Shown: one piece after another, positions 41,713-54,891 of the stretch
Numbering within the stretch: position 1 is the stretch's first letter
Layout of the letters: every line of letters starts with the position of its first letter
Assembly: GCA_051294375.1 (NCBI GenBank)
Contig: CM119270.1
Location: 10,436,766-10,500,765 of the forward strand
Reading direction: 5' to 3'
From: Paraspadella gotoi
Taxonomy: Eukaryota; Animalia; Chaetognatha
Length of the DNA stretch: 64,000 nucleotides
The notes under the pieces: generated by a model
The model's input: the letters and a program-made list of their open reading frames with translations, nothing else
What the model was told of the DNA's origin: nothing
The model's database searches: none
Program-made: the position numbers and the translations under genes

Positions 41713-42231
41713 TTGGGATTCCTCCTACACGGGATTCCTCCCAACAGGATTCCTCCCACGCGGAATTTCCTCCCACACGGGATTCTTCCCCAAGGGATTC
41801 CTCCCAATGGAATTGCTCCCACACGGGATTCCTCCCAAAGGAATTGCTCCTACTCGGGATTTATCCCAATGGAATTGCTCCCACATGGAATTCCTCCCAA
41901 AGGAATTCCTCCTACACGGGATTCTTCCCAATGGAATTGCTCCCACACGGGATTCCTCCCAATGGAATTGCTCCCACACGGGATTCCTCCCAAAGGAATT
42001 GCTCCCACGCGGGATTTCTCCCACACGGGGTTCCTCCCCACAGGATTCCTTCCCATAGAATTCCTCCCACGCGGGATTCCTCCCACGCGGGATTCCTCCC
42101 TCACGGGATTCCTCCCACGCGGGATTCCTCCCACACGGGATTCCTCCCACGCGGGATTCCTCCCACACTGAATTCCTCCCACACAGGATTCCTCCCACAC
42201 AGGATTCCTCCCATGCGGGATTCCTCCCACA
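41713..42231. repeat. ~15-16-bp minisatellite (gggattcctcccacac / ggaattgctcccacac), roughly 30 units
   Basis: Directly visible tandem units; the overlapping long ORFs are by-products. Confidence 0.95.
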
Positions 42232-42758
42232 CTCTTTCTCTCTCTCTCTTCTTTCCTACCTACCCCCTTCTTCATGCTTTCCCCCACTTCCTGCACGTTT
42301 CCAACCCTCACTCTGTGACATTATTTAATCAAGAGAGGTTAACCTTATTAATCGCGATCGGAGAAATGCGCAACGGATTCTGTGAGTCGCATTCTTGCGT
42401 CTCTATTTTTGATGAAGGGAGAAGAACGACAGACATAGTGAGAGAGANNNNNNNNNNNNNNNNNNNNNNNNNNNNNNNNNNNNNNNNNNNNNNNNNNNNN
42501 NNNNNNNNNNNNNNNNNNNNNNNNNNNNNNNNNNNNNNNNNNNNNNNNNNNNNNNNNNNNNNNNNNNNNNNNNNNNNNNNNNNNNNNNNNNNNNNNNNNN
42601 NNNNNNNNNNNNNNNAAAAATTAAGGTTTGGAATTAAGGTTTGTAATTAAATGTACTTCAGATATAGATAAAAGCTACCAACTGATTAAGACCTCATTTG
42701 AACACTTAATATTCAAGCAAGAGGGAGAGAGAGAGAAGAGAGAGAGAGAGAAGAGAGC

Positions 42759-42793
<35 letters not shown>

Positions 42794-43532
42794 ACTGAGA
42801 GTGAGGGTGGACGGAGAAGAGAAAAAAGAGACGCGAGAGATTTCAGCGCAAGATTTTTTGATTATCAAGAGTTGCAAAGAGTTCCCGCCCAGTTTTCACG
42901 GAAGAAACGACATTTTGCAACCTTCGAAGTGGAGCGATNNNNNNNNNNNNNNNNNNNNNNNNNNNNNNNNNNNNNNNNNNNNNNNNNNNNNNNNNNNNNN
43001 NNNNNNNNNNNNNNNNNNNNNNNNNNNNNNNNNNNNNNNNNNNNNNNNNNNNNNNNNNNNNNNNNNNNNNNNNNNNNNNNNNNNNNNNNNNNNNNNNNNN
43101 NNNNNNNNNNNNNNNNNNNNNNNNNNNNNNNNNNNNNNNNNNNNNNNNNNNNNNNNNNNNNNNNNNNNNNNNNNNNNNNNNNNNNNNNNNNNNNNNNNNN
43201 NNNNNNNNNNNNNNNNNNNNNNNNNNNNNNNNNNNNNNNNNNNNNNNNNNNNNNNNNNNNNNNNNNNNNNNNNNNNNNNNNNNNNNNNNNNNNNNNNNNN
43301 NNNNNNNNNNNNNNNNNNNNNNNNNNNNNNNNNNNNNNNNNNNNNNNNNNNNNNNNNNNNNNNNNNNNNNNNNNNNNNNNNNNNNNNNNNNNNNNNNNNN
43401 NNNNNNNNNNNNNNNNNNNNNNNNNNNNNNNNNNNNNNNNNNNNNNNNNNNNNNNNNNNNNNNNNNNNNNNNNNNNNNNNNNNNNNNNNNNNNNNNNNNN
43501 NNNNNNNNNNNNNNNNNNNNNNNNNNNNNNNN

Positions 43533-43565
<33 letters not shown>

Positions 43566-44795
43566 AGCTGACCATAAACGATGCCGTTGACTATCATGAC
43601 GAAGAAAATATCGACAAAGACGACGACGATCATGAAAACGACTTCGAAGACGACAACGACGAGGAAATACGAAATCGATGGTTATTGAGAAAGGCCTCTC
43701 GCTTTATTTGTTTTTCTATGAAAAGCTTTTGACTCTCATCCCCCGAGATCCCACGTGTTTGGCCGAGATAGGGACGGCTTTAGCTTCGATCCCTCCTCCG
43801 CGCGACGGATGTCTCCTCTCGCATTATCTTTATCCCTCATCTGTGTCCGCAACCTTTATCCCATCTATGACCTCAAATCTGTAGTCACCAACTCTCATTA
43901 CATGACGTCGGAAAACAAGTTTGACATTTACCAACTATTTAATTTACTCCAAAATGTACTTAAAACAGGATCAGACTTTAGTTTTTAGTCGCCTCCCCAA
44001 AATTACATCCCTTTACCATGACCCTTGTACTCATTCCACCCTAAACTATCCTACGCCACCCCAAACCACTCTATGCCACCCCACCTCACCCCAAACCCGA
44101 TTTACGACAATGTTAATTTGCTCACAAGTTCAACTGACGCCGTCGCAAGTTTCAGTCTTTCTCCTTGTTTGTTCTTTCCACCCAGATTATAATTATTTAA
44201 ATGCGGCTCAGAGGATCGCCTGAATTTGGATGTCGTTTGGATATGTACTTGTCTATTTTTCTATCTAATATTAGCTATCTATTTTATAAACTGGTCCAAA
44301 AATGTATTATGAAATAATGTTCAATGAAAGTGCATTTAAAATGTTGAACCGAGGCGGGACCCCGAAAGTCCAAATAAAGATGAGAAGAGTACTCTGCACT
44401 CCGGACATTCAAGCTGTCGTCTCGCGTTGCATCTCATTCGAAGATCGTTTCTCTTCGCAGAGAAGTAACGTTTTAACTTTCCCGCCAACCACACCACTCT
44501 TCCCCAACCCCCGCCCCCCTCTCCTCTTCTTAGAACAGGACGGTTTTACGCCCGGTCCTCCCAATTACATGGAATCAAGCGTGTAGGACACAAGGTGATG
44601 GGCATACGTCAACCTATCGCGCACGAGGACTCTGCGTGATTGCTTGAATATCTGTTGTAGACACTTAGTAAAGTTAAATTTAGAAATTTTACTACGCCTT
44701 ATATACATTGTTAAATGTCAAACTCTTAATTATAACATCTTATCGTTTTTTGTAGTGGTAGTATTTCATACCCCCACTACTCGCTCGAGGAATCA

Positions 44796-44868
44796 GCAGC
44801 ACCTATGGCGGCCCGAGGGTAGCACGAGCTCCTCCCAACCCAAAGGACTCGGGTTCGCGCCCTGCTGC
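44796..44868 (+). mobile_element. Possible tRNA-derived SINE head or tRNA pseudogene
   Basis: A-box-like tggcggcccgagggtag, T-arm/B-box-like cggg-ttcgcgc-cctg, and terminal gcagc/gctgc pairing over ~73 nt; the B box has a mismatch. Confidence 0.4.
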
Positions 44869-47255
44869 ATTCACCACAATAAAAAGCGGGACGGCGTTGT
44901 CTAACCACCTGTTAGTGTCGGACTACAGCCGTTCCGAAGTTCGGCCGTGTGCCAACAGAACGGTAAACTGCTCGCGCATCCCACTCTTTCATTTTCTTTC
45001 ACTACTGTCCCTCAATCTGATTCAAACTTCACCATCTTACTTACCTTTCCCTAAAATCTTTGAACTCTTTCTCTCTCTCTCTATTTGCTACTAAATCAAT
45101 TTTGCAGTTCACAGTATTGCACTGACGCAAAGAAAGAAATCCCTGGTTCAAAACATGTCTAATAGGGTGAAGTGATGAAAAGGTATGATCGATATGAACA
45201 ATGTTTTTTTGCTGCTTTATATATAATTAAAAATAATTAAGCCTTTTTTTTGTAATCTACATAACAGTATCATAAATGATATTTTTCTTTATAGTAATAT
45301 CTTTATAAAATCATAATTTTCAAAATCTATTATTTTTTAATTTTAAAAACCATTTCGCGGGAACTGAAAAAAAAATTGTAAAATATGTTTCATTATATTT
45401 ATAGGTTAAAGCTACGAAAAATGATTAAAACGTTTCATCATATATTAGTTTCTATTACTTTTTTTTCATTTTTGACGCAGAATACATTTAAATTTTTAAT
45501 AAAAATAAAGATATCATATAAAACTGTAAGAACTTCTGGTTCCAACGAGTACAGTAAATGCATTTTTTATAACTGTACTGATTCACTGTATTCATTTGTA
45601 AAGTGACAGTACGCTTGAGACACTCTGTATATATCTCTCTCTCTCGCCGCCCTAGTCGAGATCTTTTGTTTTTCTATTTCGATTCCCGCCCCTTGAGGTC
45701 GCAACGGCGGCGAAAGTCATTTGTTTCCCTTTTCGGCCGCCAGGATCGCTGGCGGCCGCCGCCACCGGCCGCTCTGCCGGTCGCCGAATCAAAAATTCAT
45801 TTCTTAATGGAAAATATCAAACAAGAAAAAGCAGAAGAGGATGAAGGAAAACGAGGGGGAGGAAAAAGGGAGGAAGACGAGAAAAATAAGACGAGACGAT
45901 ATTTCGGTTTGTCTGAGACAAATTGATTACATTTGTTTACTTGTTATTAATAGTCTATATAAAATTATATCTTTCCAAATTAGGAGAAAAATAGATGAAA
46001 GTTAAAACTATTCGAGTCATGCAGTGAATTATCATTTTTCATGAAATGTCAAAATGTCGTAATGTGATTATCCACAAAAATGAAGAGCAACATGATTGTT
46101 TACGAAGCAGGGTCAGGAAACACATGCTCTCTTGATCTGGCACACCGGTAAGCCTCGAGGTTGTGACCCGGAGATCGGGGTACCGCGAATGAGATCTCGA
46201 AAGACGAGATCTCCGAGTGACGAGCGGTCAGAAAATCCTCCAGGGATCGTTGGGGGGGACGAAATCGGGGAAAGGGGGGGGGGTGAAAAAAGTCATTAAA
46301 CGTTATCAAAATTTGATGGAGGTTTTTTCATCTCACTCATCGCGAAGCCGAGGAAAAGTCTTTTGGATGCAACCGGCTATGGAACCCGGCCGCTCCATTC
46401 CAAGCTCGGGTGAGAATCCCATCCGCTGACGTCGCCCGCACTCCACAGCAATTTTTTGACCCTGACGACGTCAGTGGACGTCATTCTCAACGCCTCCTCG
46501 GAACAGAATTCCCGGTTATTTCGGCTTCTTTGTCAAAAATTCATCGTCGACGTCAAAAGATCGTTTCTCAATTGGAGCCGTCAGAAGAATGGAGGTCGGA
46601 AGAAGGGGGGAGAGGGGGAAATGGGAGGGTGGTTGTGTTTGGGAAGTGGTGGTAGTTGAGATTGATGGAAGAGTAGATTGAAGAGAATAATAAGAAAACG
46701 ATTGTCGTGACTATGTAGTTGTCAATATCAATATTAATACAAACTTGTGTGTTTTTCGCTCGAATCTACCCATTAAAATCGTTAAAAAAGGTTTAGATTA
46801 CTTGTTAAATGTTATGGGTTAGTGTAGTGACCCTTGGATAGCACAGTGAGAGCGACTTGGTGATGGTGCTGGTGGTGATGGTTGTGAGAGCTTTTAACCA
46901 AGAAGGTTGTGAGAGAGTCACTCTCTCTTTCATGGCCATCGGTCACATAAACAGAGTGTGAAGGGGCAACGTCTCTCTCTCTNNNNNNNNNNNNNNNNNN
47001 NNNNNNNNNNNNNNNNNNNNNNNNNNNNNNNNNNNNNNNNNNNNNNNNNNNNNNNNNNNNNNNNNNNNNNNNNNNNNNNNNNNNNNNNNNNNNNNNNNNN
47101 NNNNNNNNNNNNNNNNNNNNNNNNNNNNNNNNNNNNNNNNNNNNNNNNTCTCTCTCTCTCTCCAGCCTATGAAGCAACCTTGGGGCGTTTTTTAAAAAAT
47201 GCATCGTTTTCCTTCGAACATCCTCAGTCGTCGTCGATCACCTGTTTCGGACGAG

Positions 47256-47335
47256 GAGATGAGATAAGTTGAGATGAGATGAGATGAGTTGAGTTGAGTT
47301 GAGTTGAGTTGAGTTGAGTTGAGTTGAGTTGAGTT
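47256..47335. repeat. (GAGAT)/(GAGTT)n pentanucleotide repeat
   Basis: Directly visible. Confidence 0.95.
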
Positions 47336-47521
47336 GCCTACATCCTTCCTCTTTCTTTTTCCTCATTTTCCTCTCCGCATAACCTTCAGCTTTATTTTCT
47401 TTCCTCCTTTCCTCCTGTTTTCTTCTCTCTTCCTCTCTTTTCATATCCGTCGCTCGTCGAAGTATAAAACTTCCATTTCACCTCCAAAACATCCGTCGGA
47501 AACTTCCGACCTTATTTTATC

Positions 47522-47559
<38 letters not shown>

Positions 47560-48639
47560 NNNNNNNNNNNNNNNNNNNNNNNNNNNNNNNNNNNNNNNNN
47601 NNNNNNNNNNNNNNNNNNNNNNNNNNNNNNNNNNNNNNNNNNNNNNNNNNNNNNNNNNNNNNNNNNNNNNNNNNNNNNNNNNNNNNNNNNNNNNNNNNNN
47701 NNNNNNNNNNNNNNNNNNNNNNNNNNNNNNNNNNNNNNNNNNNNNNNNNNNNNNNNNNNNNNNNNNNNNNNNNNNNNNNNNNNNNNNNNNNNNNNNNNNN
47801 NNNNNNNNNNNNNNNNNNNNNNNNNNNNGGGGGGGGAGCAGGAGTATCCTCTCTTTTATTGACTCACCAAAACAAACACTTTCGAGGGTATTCCCGTTGT
47901 CGCTAAAGTGAGTCCACGAAAATATAAAACTGTGATTGGAATAAGCTTTAAAAAAATCGAGTCAGTTAAGAGTCGAGAAAATATTTTTAAACCTACGAAA
48001 GAGTAAAGCGGGAATTCTTATTCTTACACTAACACGAATTAAGCGATAATGTTTGTTTTCGGCGAAAACTCTGTGCGTTTTAACATAAAACATTTTATAG
48101 CCGAATTTTTTTTTTAAGATTGCACTTGATCAAAAAAAAAGTTGCGTGTCGCTCGAAAGGACTGATGTCGTCTTCCCGATGAATGACTGAAGTGGTAGGG
48201 TGTTTCACCCAAATTTGAAAAGTTTTCAGATCTTAATTTACATCTAGGAAAATATGTTGGGAGGTAAAAAAATAAGATTGTACTACTTTTTGTCAAAATT
48301 GGTGCAACACCCTTAGTGCTACCCTCGCCTAAAGGATAAAAAAGCACACCTTGTGCACATTTTCGTCAATTGACTAAATCCTAATGAGCCAATCCACGTC
48401 CAAAGGATCTTATTAGTTGCCCCACCTTCTAAGGATGATGCAGTAAAAATTTCAGCTCTCTATAAGGACGAAGGCTTACACTTAAGCAGTTACTGTATGG
48501 TGGAGTATAGAGAACAATAAACTTCTTATCTATACCCTCATCAACTTATTTCTTCTCATTTCATTTTCTCTTACTAACAATCATCAGCAACATAATTTTA
48601 TTATTACATTTTAGTAAATATTTAGTTTTTCTAAATTTT

Positions 48640-51600
48640 TTCACTGTCGTGTACATTGCCTAAGTATTGATCCCTGTGTCTCTCTCTCTGCAGGTCTCTC
48701 CTCTCTTTTGTCTTAAACCCCCATCTTCACCAATTTCAAAATCATTTACTCTCTCTTTTCGCACTACTTCAACTGTCCTCCACATCTGACCACTATCCTT
48801 AGCTCAACTTCTCTTGTGGAAACTCTCTCTCTCTCTCTTTCTCATCTCTCTCTTCAAACTAATGTTTAAAAAAGTTCTTTTGGTCTATTGAATTCACTTG
48901 CTCGATGAACGACTGTACATTCAATAAAAATAGAATATTGCTCATTACTACGAATTTTTCGTGCTCATCTCTAAGCAGTAAATTATTCATAATCGATGTT
49001 CTGACATGGGACATTAGTGTGTGCCCGACAATATTGAGGGGGCGACGATGCGACGACAAAAGGATTATAGATCGGGATCTGCTGATAAGGCCAGATCCGA
49101 TAAAAACTGCATCATTTTCAGTTGTAGGTAAAAAGAAAAATTGCCGATGTTTGTAGTCCATTGCCAAGCTTCCGGTCACATTGCTGCTTGGATCAAAGGC
49201 AAAATCTGAGTGTCGACACCTGTTAATCGTATTAAGCACTTAAAATTATACTAGAAACTGAACAGGATTGTAAAATGTTCGACCTGCATAGTTAGGAAAA
49301 ACAAGTTGAGCAAACCAATGTCGGATTCTTGCCTACATAATAAGCCGGAATCTGCAATCAAAGCAATGCTAAATCCAATAAAAATTTTTAAAAATTTTTT
49401 TTAACTGGCCAGAAAAGAACCGATAGGTTTCCGCCATCACTGCACGGTTTCTCATCATTTCTCCTCATCCTCCTCCCCCCCTCCCGGAATCCAGGCCGAG
49501 TCCATGGGTTTAGGTGATATCACGCTCTTTCCTCTCTTTCTCTCCACCGTCCCTCTCCCGTTCAGTCTTGTTACCATTTTTTACCGCCAATAGCCGCTTA
49601 CATTATATTTTCCTTTCAACCATTTTCCCGTCTTTACTTACCTACGATTCAGCTCAACTTACCCGACCTTAGTAGAGTGGCGCCCATGCGTCGCTCGAAC
49701 CCCTTAACCACGAAAAACCCCGCTTGAGTCCTGCTCGTTACCCTCTAAACAAAAACAGAAAAACTTGGCCATAGAGACCCAAAAAAAAACAATAAACAAT
49801 CCCTACCCGTCTTTTTCTCTCACCACTTTTCTTCGGCTCCTCCGAATGTTTGCCGATCCTTGACTAGTTTGTCTGCCGACTGTCTACGGAAGGAGAGTAC
49901 ACTGTACATGACTCGGCAGATGAGGTGGAGTCCTTAGTAAGTTCTTAGTTTTTTTTAACGTTTGGAAATGTATTTTGTTTTGTTCCTCTTTTTGGTTTAC
50001 TAGGAAGAAAAGCTTTTTCGTTGTAGAATGTTTATATCAATGTACCGTTAATTTCACAGGTGTTCCCTTTATTTTGTGTTTTTTGAAACGACAGGGAAAT
50101 TTATAGGAAAGGTGAACAAACAGTAGGTCCAAAGAAGAGATGAAGGTCTGAAAAGGCATTGTCGATGAAGACGAAAAAAAATTTGGTGATTCTTCCAAAA
50201 TTAGTCCAAGGGCGGAAGAAAAAAGTAACCAGGGCGCAGAAAAAAAAATTAGTCCAAGGATGACGGCGAAAAAAAAAAATTCGCCAGGACGGAGAAAAGT
50301 AGTGGAGAAAAGAACCTGGGTCAGGGGAATTGTTTAATTGTTTTTTTGGGTCTCTATGCAAGGTTATTTGTCCTTGTTCTTGTTTTAGATGGGTAACGCA
50401 GCACAGACTCAAAGCGGGGTTGTTCGTGCGGTTAAGGGGTTCGAGGCGGACGGCATGGCGCCACTCAACTAAGGCGGGGTTAAAGTTCTGACCTGAAATC
50501 TAGGTAAGTAAAGACGGGGGAAAATGTGGGAAAAGGAAATATAATGTAAGCGGCTAATTGGCGGTTAAAAAAAAATGGTAACAGAGACTGAACGGGGAGC
50601 AGGGACGGTGAGAAGAAAGAGGGAAAACGTGAACTGAAAAACCTAACCCTGGACTCGAGCCTGGATCTCCGGGAGGAGGGGAGGAGGAGGTGATGAGGAG
50701 AAAATGATGAGGGAAACGGGTTGCATGATGGCGAAACCTATCGGTTCTTTCCTGGCAAGTTACAAAAAATAAATTTAAGACAAATATTGTGATTTACATT
50801 CTGATTACGCAGAATACGCTTAATTATCTGTAGGCAGATCCGACATTGTTTGCTCAAACTTGTTTTTCTAACTATGCAGGTCGAAAACATTTCTCTTCAC
50901 AATCCTTTCAGTTCTAGTATAATTTTAAGGCTTAATTACGACTCCAACAAGTGTCCGACAGATCAGTTTTGCTTTGAATCCACCACTCCGCACAATTGAC
51001 CACGGAAGTTGGGCATGGACTACAACATCGAATTTTTCTGTTTACCACAACTGAAAAATGATTGCCAGGTTTTTTTTAGTCGGATCTGACTGTATCAGCA
51101 GGATCCCGGACTCTATAACTCACTCTTGTCGGCCCCCTCCATCGGGGTCCGCCCCCCCCTCAAAATATCTTGTCGGGCTACACACTCTATGTCATGTCCA
51201 GAACCATCGAATTATGATATATTGCTTAGGAGAATGAAAACGAAAAATTTCGTATAATAAGCAATTTCTTATTCGTTTATTAATGATTACACGCTTCTTC
51301 CATAGCAAGTGGAATATCAATTAGACCAGCGAAAAATTTTCTTATTAAACATTAGTTTGATGCAGAGAGAGAGAAAGGAAAAACGAGGCAGATCGAGAGA
51401 GAAGTTTTCCAACAAAAGAATTGAGCCGATCAAGGCATAGCTGTGCGAGATGTGCAGGACCAGGTGAAAGTTAAGGGAAAGAATAGGAGAGGATAACATG
51501 ATTTTTTGAAATTGGTGTTGCGTGCAAAAGAAAAAGAGCGAGTCGAGACGGAGAGAGACGGAGACGGATAACAGGGGGGGACAATATCACAACAAAAACA

Positions 51601-51650
51601 AAAAAAATGCACGGTGTACAGGAAATAGGCAGATGTACATCACAGTGGGG
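48640..51650. repeat. Internal noisy inverted repeat, arms ~48640-49880 and ~50225-51650
   Basis: For example, 49661-49800 is the reverse complement of 50330-50480 and 48859-48910 of 51295-51357; differences are mostly indels. Confidence 0.85.
51070..51225 (+). mobile_element. HINE 5'-end fragment nested in the TIR element (mirror copy ~48975-49106)
   Basis: tttttagtcggatctg...gactctata...ttgtcgg...atcttgtcggg...attatgata is collinear with 41345-41477. Confidence 0.7.
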
Positions 51651-52937
51651 GAAAAGATCGTGCCCGTAGAGGCCCAAAGAATGATAGAATTCCCATATCG
51701 TATACAAATAAATATTGAAACATGGACTAATAGTCAAAGTATGAGTCAGTTAAGAGGTAGTATAGCCTCATTAGTTTTTCATTAAATACTAAAAGAAAAT
51801 GGTCACAAAAGAGCTGCATGCAGTGCATTTAATGATAGGTCCAATGAAAAATGTTAAGGTACTATAATCACTGTTGCATTTAGACGACTAACTCAATTAG
51901 TAATTGTCACAATTAACACCTGATAGATAAAAACTAGTAAAAAAAAACAGTGAATTATTACAGTAGTGATTTAGTTTTAGGTTTTGTACAGGAAATATCT
52001 CACCCAAGGATGTAGGCCACACTTTTATAAATAGGACACTTGGCTCTACGGTATGATAATTATAATTAAAAAACAAATATTTAGACAATGATTATTTTGA
52101 CGTTAAATGTTTAAAAGACTAATTTCTCTTATATCTATCCANNNNNNNNNNNNNNNNNNNNNNNNNTATCACACAGTAACTGCTGTAGTGTGAGCCTTCG
52201 TCATGAGAGAGAGCTGAAATTTTTACTGCATCATTCTTAAATGGTTGGGCAACTAATAAGATCCTTTGGACGTGGATTGGCTCATTAGGATTTAGTCAAT
52301 TGACGAAAATGTGCACAAGGTGTGCTTTTTTATCCTTTAGGCGAGGGTAGCACTAAGGGTGTTGCACCAATTTTTATAAAAAGTAGTACAATCTTATTTT
52401 TTTACCTCTCAACATATTTTCCTAGATGTAAATTAAGATCTGAAAACTTTTCAAATTTGGGTGAAACACCCTACTGAAGTGGTTTCCTAAACTCACCTTA
52501 CAACTGGTGCAGAAAATTGTTTAAGATTTTCTATGCCCGCTAGGTCGAGCGTTCCAGGCGTCGGCCGTCCTATAGAAAGTTTTAACGTGGGCTAACTGTA
52601 GAATCCAGCTTTCTCTTACTAAATCACGAGATTGGCGACAAATCTTGAAGATGCAGAATAAATGTTGAATTACTTGTATTTTCGTGAGGATAATTCATGA
52701 ACAATGTGGTTAAAACTGTGGGATAACAGAAACCCGTGAAAATTAAAGTTGCGGGCGGCTGATGTGATTTACAAAATAGTTTTTTTTTCGAATGATCCGT
52801 TTCTCTAATAAACGGGTAATACAAGCGACTAGACCGCGGTTAAGCTAAGGTCAAGTTAAAAGAATGACCGTCGAGGTAATATTTGTCAACTTGTAAATAA
52901 TAGAAGCAATAAGTGAAAATAGAATTATTCATAGAAC

Positions 52938-52995
52938 ACTTTATTAATAATCATAAACTTTATTAATAATCATAAACTTTATTAATAATCATAAA
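52938..52995. repeat. 3 x 19-bp tandem repeat
   Basis: actttattaataatcataa three times. Confidence 0.9.
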
Positions 52996-53205
52996 TTGCG
53001 TTTTAATCTAAGGCCTTTGCTTTTTTGCCCATCTACTGTAAGAATTTTATTTAAATACAAGACAGATTAAATGATTCAGTTATTCAGTAATTCTATTATT
53101 CTATTATTCTATTATCTATTATTAACTAAAATGTCTTAAAGTGTTTCTCAACACACACTTTGCGAAGTCTTTTCATAACTCGATGTTCCCCTATCTCTCT
53201 CATAC

Positions 53206-53279
<74 letters not shown>

Positions 53280-53512
53280 AAAGAATCACTCGAAATCACC
53301 ATCGGTCATAAAAAAAGTTCACTGAGTGAAGTGGGAAGCCACGTGAAAGTGATCACCTGAAATTTAATTTTCTTCCACTTTTCACGAGTTTAAGTTAGGC
53401 CAGCGATAAATCACGGGCATCTGGAGATGAATAGCGGATTAATCATTTCTTTGGGAAAACTACCGTCTTTGAGTTTGGGGGAATGGGGAGGAAAAGCGAG
53501 AGAGAAGAAGAG

Positions 53513-53581
<69 letters not shown>

Positions 53582-53716
53582 AGAGAGAGTAAAATGGAAA
53601 GAAGATGAAAAATGATGAAAAAATATTAAAATTTAAAAATAAGGGAAAAAGTGGATAAATGTCTTAAAATACTCATAAAAATACTATGTTGGAAATGATG
53701 CAGTTTAAAGGGGGTG

Positions 53717-53843
<127 letters not shown>

Positions 53844-54779
53844 ATGGAATCTTTGATCTCATATCAGAGTCGACCATCCTTCCCATAATGCCATTATTCG
53901 AGAAGCCTCCCTCCCCCGAAAGAATTCTCTTCTCGGATCAAGATCCTTTAGCTTTCCGATTGGCTGAAGGAAAAGTGGAAAATGAAGCTGATTGGTCGGC
54001 CAGTGGCACGGAAGTCTAGTGGCAATGTCCTTTTGGAACAAGAGAAAAATGAAACGAGAGAAAAGCAAGAAAGTGTCGGTGAAGGAAGAAGAATAAAAAT
54101 AAAAAAGTCTAATGTATTGTATTTCAAGACTCAAAACAAAAACAAACGCCAATAATGAAAAAAAAGTTTTTTTTACTGAATTACTTAACTAGCAGAACGA
54201 TGATATAAGAAAATAAGTTTCGGAAAAGTTCTTTAAAAAGCGATAAAAACAAGCCTTTTCACGTGATATCTTTCCCAAGAAAAATAATTTTCAAATATTA
54301 TTGACAATAACATTGTACATTTTTTTTTTAATTTTAAATCATGTAGCAGTAAAATTCATAACCGCAGTAAATCACGCTCAAACGTAACTCCTAAAAATCT
54401 ATGAAATTGAAGTTATAAGCAGCTTGCAAAACCGCTTGCCCACCTGATTCATTGCTTCCCTTTCACGTCGGCGCAAACACCGCCGCGACATACGGACTCC
54501 TGAGACGCTTTAATGATATTTTGTTCCAACAGGCATTTGATCATCATTTTCTTCATTTTCTTCATTTTCTTCATTTTCTCGGTTTTCTCCTTCATTTTCT
54601 TTAATGATCCCCCAAATGACGAGTCGAGGTTGCCACCCGCTGCCGCCGCCGCCGCCGACGCGCCGCCGCCGCCGCCGCCGCGCGACTAAGGAAAAATTTC
54701 ATTCTGGCAAAACCTCAAAAAAACGCGAAATGAGAAATGAAAGGATGGAGAGGGAGAGAGAAAAAGGCAAAAAGTAAGA

Positions 54780-54891
<112 letters not shown>

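Larger units (their letters stand above)
48196..52473. mobile_element. TIR DNA transposon with ~320-bp TIRs, TAG...CTA ends and 9-bp TSD (hATm-like; MULE possible); no intact transposase seen
   Basis: Left TIR 48196-48515 (tagggtgtttcacccaaatttgaaaag...); right TIR 52167-52473 (...cttttcaaatttgggtgaaacacccta); direct repeat ctgaagtgg at 48187-48195 and 52474-52482. Confidence 0.85.

Noticed and set aside
41668-42650. Overlapping 128-320-aa ORFs
   Set aside because: Translations of a 15-16-bp stop-free minisatellite and an N gap.
48859-49239. 126-aa minus ORF with FDPSSNVTG, superficially like a hAT FDTTxxNTG motif
   Set aside because: It overlaps a non-coding HINE fragment, is not preserved in the mirror arm, and lacks the downstream CxxH motif.
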